NCBI GenBank assembly: GCA_964658305.1
Contig: OZ210884.1
Location: 6,634,001 to 6,698,000 of the forward strand
Reading direction: 5' to 3'
From: Leptogorgia sarmentosa
Taxonomy: Eukaryota
DNA: 64,000 nucleotides
The notes beneath the pieces were generated by a model. It was not told the origin of the DNA, ran no database searches, and saw only the letters and a program-made list of their open reading frames with translations. The position numbers were made by a program, and so were the translations under genes. How positions within the stretch are numbered: the first letter of the stretch is position 1; each line of letters begins with the position of its first letter. Positions 1-11,540 of this stretch are shown piece by piece.

Positions 1-536
1 TTATCGGCATTCCACTTTATATCACTGTATTTCGTGTTTCAAGGACAGCCATGTTGTGGTAGGCGAAGGCGGGAAAATTCAAAGCTTTAATACAAAACAT
101 GACTTTGGTCATAATGAAAGCTTCGCGAATTTGTTTACTAAGTCATTTATATAGCCTCTTTCATTGAAGCCGTTCATGCCCTTTGTTTTGATTCACTCTT
201 TGCAAAATTTTGCGAATAATCTGGGGCCATTTTAGGAATTCGTTATGGCTTATTCTTCTTCCTAAACAAAGAATACATTTTAACTGTGAAACTTTACTGA
301 CCTGTAGAGGGCTCGTGGATTCCATCTTTTCGAAAGGCCAAAGCAAAGATTTAGTCTGTAATCTTCGACCAAAGCAGGCAAATCAGACGAAGCACGGTCG
401 CCGACAAGAGAAGTGCCAAGGAAGCGCCAAACGAATTCAAAATTTGAAATTTGAATTTGAAATTTCGAATTCATATTCATTATTTCAAAACGAATCGGCA
501 CCAGACTCTTCCTCAGCACGGTCAAGCATGAACTAC

Positions 537-603
537 AACCTCGTACCCAGGGCTTATTGGCTTCTCGGTCTTTCTCGGTCCTCAAGACCCTGGGAACGAG
601 GTT
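537..603. repeat. Short palindromic mini-element (aacctcgtacccaggg...ccctgggaacgaggtt); partial copies at ~6451-6471, ~6571-6592, ~10019-10035
   Basis: 16-bp terminal inverted repeat; the same terminus recurs at several places in the window. Confidence 0.7.
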
Positions 604-616
604 GAGAGAATACTAG

Positions 617-647
617 CACAGAGTATCATATGAGTAACTACTCTGTG
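617..647. mobile_element. 31-bp micro-MITE with CACAG...CTGTG ends
   Basis: cacagagta...tactctgtg inverted ends, flanked by exact 7-bp direct repeat atactag (610-616, 648-654). Confidence 0.6.
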
Positions 648-654
648 ATACTAG

Positions 655-866
655 TTCCGGGTGCGCTTCAGTTTTAGAGTTCAAGTTCGACACTTTTTTC
701 GTGTTGGCGATTTAAAAATTAGCTCTGGGTGCGCTTCAGTTTATTCAGAGTTCAAGTTCGACACTTTTTTTTTCGCGTTGAGGATTTCAAGTTAAAACTT
801 TTTTTCCTCAGTATTTTTCCGACTTCTATGGTCAGGGTTAGGATTTTAGGTTTTGGGTTGGGATAA
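655..866 (+). repeat. Dispersed repeat with internal ~65-bp tandem duplication and ggttag-like tail; reverse-orientation relative at ~46181-46320
   Basis: gggtgcgcttcagttt...agttcaagttcgacacttttt occurs twice; a diverged reverse complement lies at 46181-46320. Confidence 0.55.
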
Positions 867-1053
867 TGGAAAATCTATTTAACAATTATTTACCGATTAT
901 GTCGAGGTGATACCGATAATCACCGAGAGATAGGTAAATAATTGTTTTAGTATAATTTCAGTAGTAAAATAAGTTAAATTTGCGTAAATTAAGTTAAATA
1001 TTGTGCCATGCATTTCCATCATGGATATATAGTTTACTTCCTTTGTAAATACG

Positions 1054-1355
1054 CAGGGGCGTAGCCAAGGGGGGGCAAGGGGGGGCGGTCGCCCCCCCAA
1101 TAGGCTGAAAGACTGCGCAGTAAAAAGATGAAATCCGGGTAGAAATTAGGGGGGGGCGATGACTACCCATGTGACTACCAATCTCAATCCAAACATTTTC
1201 ACAAATCTCACCCCAGAAACACGCTAAATCGCCATTGAGGGACTCCAGATTTCAAAATTTTCCCGGGGGAGAATCCCCCCGGACCCCCCTACATGGCATC
1301 GCGCCTTCCGCGTTTGCTTCGCCCCCCCAAAAATGAAGGTCTGCCTACGCCACTG
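1054..1355. mobile_element. hAT-like MITE
   Basis: TIR caggggcgtag/ctacgccactg; perfect 8-bp TSD taaatacg (1046-1053, 1356-1363). Confidence 0.85.
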
Positions 1356-1461
1356 TAAATACGCGATGTCTAAAATAATCGTAAATTCATTAAAACAACA
1401 AGCCTTAGATCGTCGCATTTTCTCAAAACCCTGTAAAGCTGGCTTCTTACTGAACCACTAT

Positions 1462-1726
1462 AGGGCCATTTATACGAGGAAGAATAAGCCGCGGCTTAAA
1501 TAGGCCGCGGCTAAAATAAGTCGCGAACGTTCGTATAAACGCACAATTTCTTCGCGACTAAAATAAGCCGCGGCTAATTTTAGCCCAGGGTTCCTGCCTC
1601 GTCTTAAATTAGCCGCGGCTTATTTTAGTCGCGAAGAAATTGTGCGCTTAAACGGTTACGTTCGCGACTTATTTTAGCCGCGGCCTATTTAAGCCGCGGC
1701 TTATTCTTCCTCGTATAAATGGCCCT
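1462..1726. mobile_element. Palindromic PIF/Harbinger-like MITE with internal aataagccgcggct repeats
   Basis: Near-perfect inverted repeat over its whole length, agggcc...ggccct termini, 3-bp tat flanks. Confidence 0.8.
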
Positions 1727-2636
1727 TATGTGATTTTTGCTCTGCAAACAGCAATTTTGTTGCGACATAGGTCACATGCGAATTCGCAAGGTGCTCCTGT
1801 CTTCAAGCAGGAGTGTGTTGTAACACGATTCAGTAGGGATTTTTGTACATGATTCAATATTTTTTCCACCAGTTTTAATAATCATTTATGCAATCAGTTT
1901 GTTGACAAACTTCATTAGATTATTCATTTCCCTATATAACCTCCATAGTTTCATTTCATATGTATATACTGCGGAACATCAAAGAACACCGACTCATATT
2001 TTTTATATAACATTACAAACTATGGACCAGTATTGCTGGTTTCATTTCCACATGCATTACTACATTTTTATTGTAACTAGCCCCTGATCATGTAAAAGAT
2101 GAAAACGATAACGTGGTACCATGAATGTTTGTAAACTCTTTGTTTTAGATATATTTATAATAATTATTAGTCAAAACATGTTTGCATTCTTTGTAATCTT
2201 GTTATTTACAATCTGAGCACTTGTCAATTAGCGATTACCGGTTGAAATTTTGTTGAAATTCATATAGCCATGCGAATTCAATTTGTTAACGCGCAATTAA
2301 AATCTACCGTAAAATAATTGGTTCTACTATACAGCAGTACAGACTACAGGTGTGAAGTATTTTGCCCATGCATGGAACTTGACCGTTTTATTCAGTGCTG
2401 CACGCAATTATTGATTCCGATTTAAAAAGGAACTAGTTTATATTTTTAAACCACGACCTGTTGTAAAATTTCTTTACAAGCAAAATTTATTATACTTAAA
2501 AACGTTCAATTCCTTGCCTTAAGAACAATAAATGCTTAACAATAGTGTTCAATCAAATCAGCAAAAACAACCGAGAAAATGGTACTTATTGGCATGTGCA
2601 AGGTTTTCGGCAGCGTTGCATGTTCACTGCGCTGCT

Positions 2637-3296
2637 TTACATGACGTCTGTTATAGTTATGCTTTCAGTTTCTTTTAATTCTTCATAAAATCCGGTATCT
2701 GGGTTGTACTTGACGTTTTGCGAAAGACTTCCATACCAACATTTTAAGTACTTCACCACATCACACGGCGCTTTGAATTCTTGTCCTTCTATCATAATAG
2801 AGCCCAATGGAAACACAGCTTCACCAGGAATTTCTACTACATTCGGGCTTGCGTAATAGAGGACGCGATAAATATTATCAAACCGTTGATAGAACTGCAA
2901 ATCAGCCGTTACATGATGATAGTCGGCTCCGTTGTACCGAGGTCCAGCGAGGATATAGTCACCATGTGTTGGATCGTACACTTCAATCTTCTCACAGTAC
3001 GTAGAGACATATCGTGCTTCGTATGGCGCTGGAAGAAGTTGCTTTATCTTATTCAAGATATCTTGTACCAGAGGTGTGGGATTTGATTCAAAAAATAACG
3101 CCATATCAAAATCATCATCATGTGGAATGAACTTGCCAGTTCGATAGGCTCCCAACAGGACGCCGTTTTCGATAACCCAAGGAATGCCTAAATGGTTCAA
3201 GACTTCATCCCGCAATAACATTCCTAATTTTAGCCGTTCTTTTCCCCAGATGTCCATTCCACTTTCCACATTCTTGAAGTTGTTTTCCACGCTCAT
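2637..3296 (-). CDS. LicD-family nucleotidyltransferase-fold protein, copy A (219 aa, intronless, no signal anchor)
   Basis: Motif GVLLGAYRTGKFIPHDDDFDMA matches the LicD signature GTLLGAxRxxxFIPWDDDxD; later ADLQFY and C-terminal YLKCWYG. Confidence 0.9.
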   Translation of the reverse strand: MSVENNFKNVESGMDIWGKERLKLGMLLRDEVLNHLGIPWVIENGVLLGAYRTGKFIPHDDDFDMALFFESNPTPLVQDILNKIKQLLPAPYEARYVSTYCEKIEVYDPTHGDYILAGPRYNGADYHHVTADLQFYQRFDNIYRVLYYASPNVVEIPGEAVFPLGSIMIEGQEFKAPCDVVKYLKCWYGSLSQNVKYNPDTGFYEELKETESITITDVM

Positions 3297-5514
3297 CTTT
3301 TTAACGGCTTATGCTATTTATGACAATTTGATATGACTGCAGGTGAAATGAACAAAAGACAGTTTTCATCGCTCGGGTTATTTGTTAGTTATTTTGTAAA
3401 CACTCCTGGTATATATAATAGCTCAGTGAATAAATATTTGCTCAAGTGTGACTCATTGTTTATCGAAACTTTAGTTTTTATATAACTTTTATTATATAAT
3501 TTATATAATATAATATAATTTATATAATAACTTTTATTTATATAATTTTTCAGAAAATTAAGAAAGGTAGAAATATGTGGCCTGTGTCCTAATATATAGC
3601 GGATGCTATGAAAACATGAACGAGCAGCAACATCAACAAAAGTTCTCCACTACTTAAGGCGATACAATAATATTCAATGTTTCGAGAAAATTCACCCATA
3701 ATTTATTATTTCGATATTTTGAGTTTTCTATATTTTTTAGAATTGTTGAACGTTTCTTATCGTAGCATTTTCTTTTTTTAAAATCATTAGTACTATTGTT
3801 CCGCTCTAGGAACACTCACAAACAAATAGATACACTACGCTTCACTGACGATATCCGACTGCGCATGCGTTTTACAAATATTTAAATTCCTTTTGAAAGT
3901 CTTTACAGTATGTGAACACGAACATATATGAAATTGCCACTCCCCTCCCTCTCCATCTAACAGCTTTAGCAAACACAACGTCATCATGATGTCAAAGAGG
4001 AAGTAATTACGTGCGTAACTATTTGGGTTACTGTGGTTTATAGCTTTTTGTGTATAAAACGGTTGAAAAAATCACTATCCGCCGTGGATAAAGTTATCCG
4101 ACAATTTTGTATTACTACAAATGGCCCCATTTCTCCAAAAGCTAGTTAGCTTGACCCATGGCTGGCAGAATTCCGAAAGCAAATTTTCTAAATTAAAATA
4201 GAAACAATATTTTTGTCAATTTTAAATGCATTTTTTTTCGTCTCTCAAGCGTTCAGTCTTAACAAAACTTCGTATACAGATGTATTTTACACGGGGACGG
4301 GGTTAAATAATCCCTGAGGTTTCACGTCTTAGTTTTATCTCAAACTTCTAAAAACTCTGAAAAACCAACGAAAATCATGCGGACTTTTCACTTTTCGTAA
4401 TTTTCATCTTTGCTTTATTTTTTTTGCCGTAAACGCACAACTTTTATAGATTTATACTACATAGTTATTATAAAAAATTAATTATTATTGTCGATGTTTA
4501 TATGAATTTTAGATAATTGTTTTGAGTTGTAAATAGAGAACTTTAATGGAAATAAAAATGTTGTTTTTTTAAAAAATATTTACACCTACAAAATGAGCAA
4601 AAACTTGGATTCAATCCCCCCCCCATGGGTTAGCGTTCCATATCTTTTAGAGTTCACTAGTGGTATGTTACTTAATTTCTGCTGGAATCTACTGCGCATG
4701 CTTCCAGCGAGTGTATTGAGGCATTCACCCCCCTGAAACTATGCGCAGCAACTATGCGGAGTTAAAACCGCGTTACGCTTTTTTCGCTGAGTGAGCCTTC
4801 TGCTATTTACTCTGTGACGTTTCAGGCCTCTTATCACAGTCTGTGCTGTTATATCCAGGGCCGGCGCTAGAACGTTAAAGGGGGGTTACAGTCCCTAATG
4901 TAAACAAACGCTTTGTTTACATTTTGAGTTGCTATATTTGTAAAATTTGATTGAACTACTGAATATTTGACACTTTTCGGGTTTGCTATGCTCCTAAAAC
5001 AATATAAACCAGCGTTTCGATTCAAAAAAGTTTCAAAAAATGCGAAATTTGGACAATGTTTACGTTTAGGAGTCTCCTTTTGTTATGAGCAGAACCGATG
5101 CGCAGAATCGACTGTAACCCCTCTTTAATGGTATCCATATTCATATTTTGGCGTTCTGCCGACTGATTTCTTTTGAAATTAATTCATGAACAACTGCTTA
5201 TATCGGATTTTTACATGTGTGATGTGTCATTTTGATCTTAGTTCAGACGTGCAACTTCTTGTGCCGATCCTTTTGTTTGGGCTCACTTGCATTAGATCCG
5301 GCACATAAAAAGTTCAAACGCACCAGTTATCTTTCTAAAGAAATGAATAACATAATGATTTAAATTTACATTTGCATGACCAAATATCGGGCTGGCTTCG
5401 CCACTGTATTTTAATTCAAACGAATTCAGTAAAATTATTCTATAGTGTTAAAATTGGTTACGGTTCACTAAAGGTGTGAACTATTCCGTTATATTTTTGT
5501 TATGTCTAGTATAG

Positions 5515-6141
5515 TTATGCCTTTTCTTCATAAAATCCGGTATCTGGGTTGTACGTAACGTTTGGCGACAGATTTCCATACCAACATTTTAAGTACTTCA
5601 CCACATCACACGGCGCTTTGAATTCTTGTCCTTCTATCATAATAGAGCCCAATGGAAACACAGCTTCACCAGGAATTTCTACTACATTTGGGCCTCCATA
5701 ATAGAGGGCGCGATAAATATTATCAAACCGTTGATAGAACTGCAAATCAGCTGTTACATGATGATAGTTAGCTCCGTTGTACTGAGGTCCAGCGAGGATA
5801 TAGTTTCCATGTGTTGGATCGTACACTTCAATCTTCTCACAGTACGTACAGACATATCGTGCTTCGTATGGCGCTGGAAGTAGTTGCTTTAACTTATTTA
5901 AGATATCTTGTACCAGAGGTGTAGGATTTGATTCAAAAAATAACGCTATATCAAAATCATCATCATGTGGAATGAACTTGCCAGTTCGATAGGCTCCCAG
6001 CAAAACGCCGCTTTCGATAACCCAAGGAATGCCTAAATGATTCAGGACTTCATCCCGCAATAACATTCCTAATTTTAGCCGTTGTTTTCCCCAGATGTCC
6101 ATTCCACTTTCCACGTTCTTGAAGTTGTTTTCCACGCTCAT
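5515..6141 (-). CDS. LicD-family nucleotidyltransferase-fold protein, copy B (208 aa), tandem duplicate of copy A
   Basis: Near-identical protein to 2637-3296; ATG at 6141; shorter C-terminus caused by a 13-nt indel. Confidence 0.9.
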   Translation of the reverse strand: MSVENNFKNVESGMDIWGKQRLKLGMLLRDEVLNHLGIPWVIESGVLLGAYRTGKFIPHDDDFDIALFFESNPTPLVQDILNKLKQLLPAPYEARYVCTYCEKIEVYDPTHGNYILAGPQYNGANYHHVTADLQFYQRFDNIYRALYYGGPNVVEIPGEAVFPLGSIMIEGQEFKAPCDVVKYLKCWYGNLSPNVTYNPDTGFYEEKA

Positions 6142-7053
6142 CTTCAGATCGACCAACGTTATTAATGAGCAACAGTGTCAACGATTATTTTAATCGCACG
6201 ATTGCTTGTCTTGTTATTTATCCGGGCTATTATGCCAGTACACTGGTTTATACCTGACTCATGCAAGTAGTTTCCCCAACATCTAATTACGGTCGAAAGA
6301 ATGAAATATACTTGCTCAAGTGAGACTAATTGTTTACATACTGATTTGAAACATTCCTTTACGGGAATACCATGTGGTCAGCCGGTCAGGGTACTAATTC
6401 TGCAGCATCATACAAAAATGCAACACGAGGATTAGGGTTAGGGTAAGGATCAAGACCCTGGGAACGCGGTTGGCTCCGGTTTGTTTACTTCATGTGCATG
6501 GTGTCGCGTCTTTAATTAATACTTCCGGTATTGCAAAACTTATGAGAGCTCCCGAAGCAGGGAGCGAGGATCAAGACCCTGGGTACGAGGTTGGCTCAGT
6601 GAGTCTGAAGTTCGCCGCATTTTATAGGTCATGCCGGGTCAATGGTTGATCAGTGGTGGTGACTGATCTCAAAAATATGGCGGACTATCATGAGGAGCGA
6701 ACACGAAAGCATTCGAAAAGCAACAACAAAGAGAAGAACTATTGCTACAAAACCGCAAAAGACATTGACAGTTGTAAATATTGATTCCTCTCGACTGGAT
6801 ACGAAGTGCGAGTGCATGTCTCCACGCAACTTATGTCTCGTTTCTTTCAAACTTCCACAAGTGTTTCTATAACTCTTATAAGAACACGGAAAAATGTTTT
6901 CTATTGCCTTGATGACTTTATCAATAGCCTTCAGTGCATGTATGGAATAATCTATGTAGTCGTCTATGCATGTGTTCAATACTAAAAGCATCCTTCACGT
7001 AGCACTGACGAATATTACTAGCCATATTAAATTATATAAACCAACCATATATA

Positions 7054-7639
7054 CAGGGTGTCTCAAAAAAAAGGTAATCCAACTTTGGCATGCCATTGTG
7101 CGTTAATTACTGGGTGTACGATCGTGATTTTTGCATGGTCATAAAGATCAAGGTCTCAGCAGTTGAATGACATATTTCTTGTACGATATGGAAGAAGATC
7201 AGGCAAATGCGAGCGTGTTGAAAAATCTCGGTGAAAAACGCATTCTTTCACCTCTGAGAATTGCAGCTAAACTTATTCAAAATTAACTCCCTTTGGGACT
7301 CGAAGATGACGACCTTCCCTTCAACAATCGACCTGATTATGCATAATTATTAATAATCCTGATAAAATCTTTGTTACCATGACACATTCGTGATGAATTG
7401 CATTTTTCTTTTGTTATGCACTGCTTTAATCAGGCACAGAGGTGAAAGAATGCGTTTTTCACCTAGATTTTTCAACACGCTCGCATTTGCCTGATTTTCT
7501 TCCATATCGTACAAGAAATATGTCATTCAACTGCTAAGACCTTGATCTTTATGACCATGCAAAAATCACGTTCGTACACCCAGTAATTAACGCACAATGG
7601 CATGCCAAAGTTGGATTACCTTTTTTTTGAGACACCCTG
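7054..7639. mobile_element. Tc1/mariner-type MITE with ~200-bp TIRs
   Basis: cagggtgtctcaaaaaaaaggtaatcc...ggattaccttttttttgagacaccctg, TA on both sides. Confidence 0.9.
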
Positions 7640-9802
7640 TAGAATTAGCCATTTCCGACACAAGCAGAGGATCGAGTGGGTCTAGTCGCTTCTTTTGGAG
7701 GGACAAAAATAAACAACATCCCGAATATGACATCTAGGAAGTTTTTCTAAGTCTCTGACGTTCGTTATGGCGCCTTAACTGCAAGTCTGCAACAACTATG
7801 ATAAAAGCAATAAAGCATGTTTAAAACTTTAAATGTATATATATCGCTCAATTGAACTAGCTTGTTGCCCCTCCCAACATCAATAGTCCTTTTAGTCGAT
7901 TGAGTAATTATATAAATGGCCAATTAACACGCTATACATATATGCCGAGATCCTATGGATACAGCTTTCATTAGTTGGAAAATGTTCTCTCCTGTGTTTG
8001 AAATCTTTACTCTTTAGCCTTTGTAGGTAATGTCTTGTGATTATCGTGAAGTAAAAATTAAAAGTGTTATGTAAAAAGTTGATATGCATTTTAAACATGT
8101 TTTGCAATTATCATGATAAAGAAAGATGTCTAATATAGCTATAGCGGAATATTATTCGCAAATCCATGATACTAAAACAAAGACTGTACCTTTATGTTCC
8201 GCATACGTGCAAGCTTGACTGCTTCAGCTAATATTCATACATAACTACCCACGCTATCCACACAAACGCGACCAGAATTTTACCGAGTAAGTGCTTAAAG
8301 ATCTTTTAGTTCAAGAAAAGAAAATATATAACCTAGTATACGGTATGAATTTGACTTCGAGCATTGAAGGCATTGAACAACAAAACTCGAGTGAGCAGAG
8401 CAAGGTAAGGTCGTTTATTGGTTTATCTGTCTATAGCTGTCGCTGTTGTGTATCCTCACATTTTATGTGAACGTTAAATATATATATAGTCGCGGCCGAT
8501 ATACCACACTAGCTTAAGAGCCGGGAAAATAGATTGTTGTTACGTAAGTAGAATGTGGTACAAAATCCGTTCAAAAGTTTACTCGTGGTATAATTGTGAA
8601 ATATAGTAAATAAATATACATATAGTCTAGATAGAGAATAATCCCTGATTTTTATCTTCGTTAATTTCAAAAGCAAGTGCGAGAATACGTTAAATATTTT
8701 AATTTAGAAATATTATGATTACTCAATAAATTCCTATACAGTTAAATCTTTGTTTGGTAAATTTCAGTATTTTCTGTTAATTTTTTGATGTATTTTCTAG
8801 TATTGTCTGAACTAGTGAACTGAAATGGTGTAAACATATTGTTAGCGAATTAATGGAAACTTAAAATGTCGAACGACATGCACCAAGCGAACTTATTTGT
8901 TATTTTGCGTTTGTGTTTTAATTTGAGCAAAACGCGGAGTAGTCTATAGACTTCGCGCTATGGGGAAGTTTCGCTCAATACGTTGACAAGGACACACTTG
9001 GTGGTGAACTTTACCCAGTTATTCGGGGAACATGACAATTTTAGACCATGCATGCAACTTTGAGGATAAATATTTTCATTATAAGTGGCAACTCAGCACT
9101 ATAGCTAAATTACGTTTGCCTATCTTATACGTAATTCTTCATTCTCAGTGTTCCGTATTTTTTAAATTAATACAACAAAATATAATGTGTAATTAATATA
9201 CATGCATCTAAAGCAATTCAAACACAATTATTAATAATAGAAAGACAAACGAAATTACACGCAATGTAGTTATAGTAGTGGTTTTATTATATGTGATACA
9301 TTAACTTAAACTTTGATGAGGTTTTTTCTTAATTAACTTGATTATACACTTGCATATTTTTAAAATTCCTTCGCCAAGCTCACTATAAGTCAAAGATATA
9401 TGTAGAGTTTTATATCTGACAAAACACTAGCTCCTGCTTCCTACTGTAGCTACATAGACGGATAAACTAGCTAGGCCGATCAAGCAGCAAGATTCTTTTG
9501 TGTAAACGCTCTTCAGGTATAGTGAACTGACAGTTATAATAGCACGACTAAAGTCTAAAGTACGAGCAGCTTATGTAGCTATAATACCTTACCTTCCCCG
9601 TACCCAGACGTCTCTTGCACGCAGGCAGGTCTCCTGCACGCAGGCAGGAAACCGGCGGCGAAATAATTAACGGCGGCGCAAGGGAAAGTGGGAAGGGGAA
9701 AGAAGGGGAGACGTCTGGCAGATAAACTTTCAAAATGGCGGACAGTTTTCTCTTCTCCTCCTTCCCCTTCCCCTGGACCCCCTCGGCCGCGCAATTTCCA
9801 AT

Positions 9803-9843
9803 CATAGATTAAGAATACATCCGGAATGTATCCTTAATCTATG
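9803..9843. mobile_element. 41-bp micro-MITE with CATAG...CTATG ends
   Basis: Palindrome catagattaagaatacat/atgtatccttaatctatg; imperfect 7-bp flanking repeat ttccaat/ccccaat. Confidence 0.5.
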
Positions 9844-11348
9844 CCCCAATCCCCATTCCCCCGCCTTCGAAGCAGAAATCGAAAAGTGAAGTTGTGAACT
9901 AGTATTTTAAAATCATATTGTAGTTGAAATCACATTGCAGTTCAAACATTGTTAAAACGCCTGTGGAGGATGCAGATACCTTATCAACATGAGGTCATGA
10001 AAAACATCAGACATTTTCAACCTCGTTCCCAGGCTCTTTGCTCTGACGCTCCTACCTCGCTAGAGCAAGACATTTTCTGATAGGTTACAGACTGAACCGA
10101 AATGTCAAAGCTATTATAATAATATAACTCAATTTTTAGTCAGAGAACATGTACTAATCAATGTCAAATACTAAAATAAAGTTAATTACACATCTGCGAT
10201 TCTTTTTGAACAATTTTTTGGCTGCATGTCAAATTGAAACGCAATCGCTCTAACCATGCATATACTTTGACGTTGACGTCTAGGTTATTACAAAAATATA
10301 TAAACATTTATAGTACAACAACAACAGCCTGTTTTCTGGCTGGGTCTTAATAGGAATGATTGCATTTTGGTAAAGAGTCCACAGCATGCATGCATGCAGG
10401 TTCAGGTTTTAGTTTGAGCCACCGAAATCCTGGCCGCAGGGGGAACTTGACATTTCAGATTTTATCTAATTAATCTCAGATGTTTAGTCAGAAAATAGAT
10501 CGACCAGACGGTAAAATTGCGGTTTGGCATACTTTTCAGCAAAAATATTCAACGAGGTATGATAATAATAAGCTGCTTTCAAAACAACGCATTCTTTTAC
10601 TTCAGTTTTGCACATATACGGATTGATGGTATACTAACAACATTTGGGATGATGCTAGGAATGCATTTTTCAGATCCAGATCCATCGATCTCTTCTTAAA
10701 CCAGATGTTTGTTTTGCTCATCTTGAAAGTTTCCTTCTCCATCATCAGGTGTGATAAAGTGAGGTCGGATTTGAGTTTCAAGTACATAGAAATAAATCCC
10801 TGTGATCATCGGTTAATTATTACGCTAAACCGACAAAAAAGACACTACATTTCACAATACACTTGCGCAATCTTCTCGCGTATACACTTTCTGGTCTATT
10901 CTGTTTTCCTGTGCTGACAGTGCGAAATTTATCACTAGTTTTTAGATTGCCCGTAGCTTAACGGACGGATACGAATTTGAGTCCTTGTAAATAACATAGA
11001 TGTGAAAAATTTAGTCTACTTTAGACCGTGCATGGTGTACAACAGTGCCAACTATCCATGCATACAACTGAGATTGAAACTTTCCAATATTCAGCTCTTG
11101 TTATATATAGCCTCATGGACAATGGCTATACGGCATAACTTGAGTTCAAGGTTATGAAGTTTGGTTAAAGTGATTCATTTGGATCGTGACGACTATATGT
11201 TTGATTAAATATTTTGTCTTTCCACTTCAAACTTCAATTCTTTCTCTTCCACAACTATCCGATTTGTTGTTTATTTAATAAATTAGCTAATATGGAAATT
11301 CTTAGCGGAAGGATTGGGAATGTAAATCAGTTTAGTATAGAAACTAGA

Positions 11349-11540
11349 GCACACGTCGCCAGCGTATAGGTAGCACTTCAGGATAACGAACAAGAGCAGG
11401 AAGGATAATCTCACTACCTAAACGATAAAACAGATTCGACGTTTCGACCGAAGGGCCTTCGTCGGGAATTAGTAGAGGAGGAAACGTCGAATCTGTTTTA
11501 TCGTTTAGGTAGTGAGGTTATCCGTGCTGCTCTTGTTCGT
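11349..11540. mobile_element. Penelope-like retroelement remnant: long inverted repeat with hammerhead motif
   Basis: 13-bp direct repeat tatagaaactaga at 11336-11348 and 11541-11553; ~60-bp inverted arms 11383-11445 and 11481-11543. Confidence 0.65.
11434..11469 (-). ncRNA. Minimal type I hammerhead ribozyme motif (variant core CCGACGA)
   Basis: Minus strand reads ATTC CCGACGA A GGCC-CTTC-GGTC GAAA CGTC GAAT: stem I ATTC/GAAT, stem II GGCC/GGTC, GAAA, palindromic ACGT stem III, GUC cleavage triplet. Confidence 0.65.

Noticed and set aside
210..605. 131-aa ORF
   Set aside because: Non-ATG start, no recognisable motif, and its end runs through a palindromic mini-element
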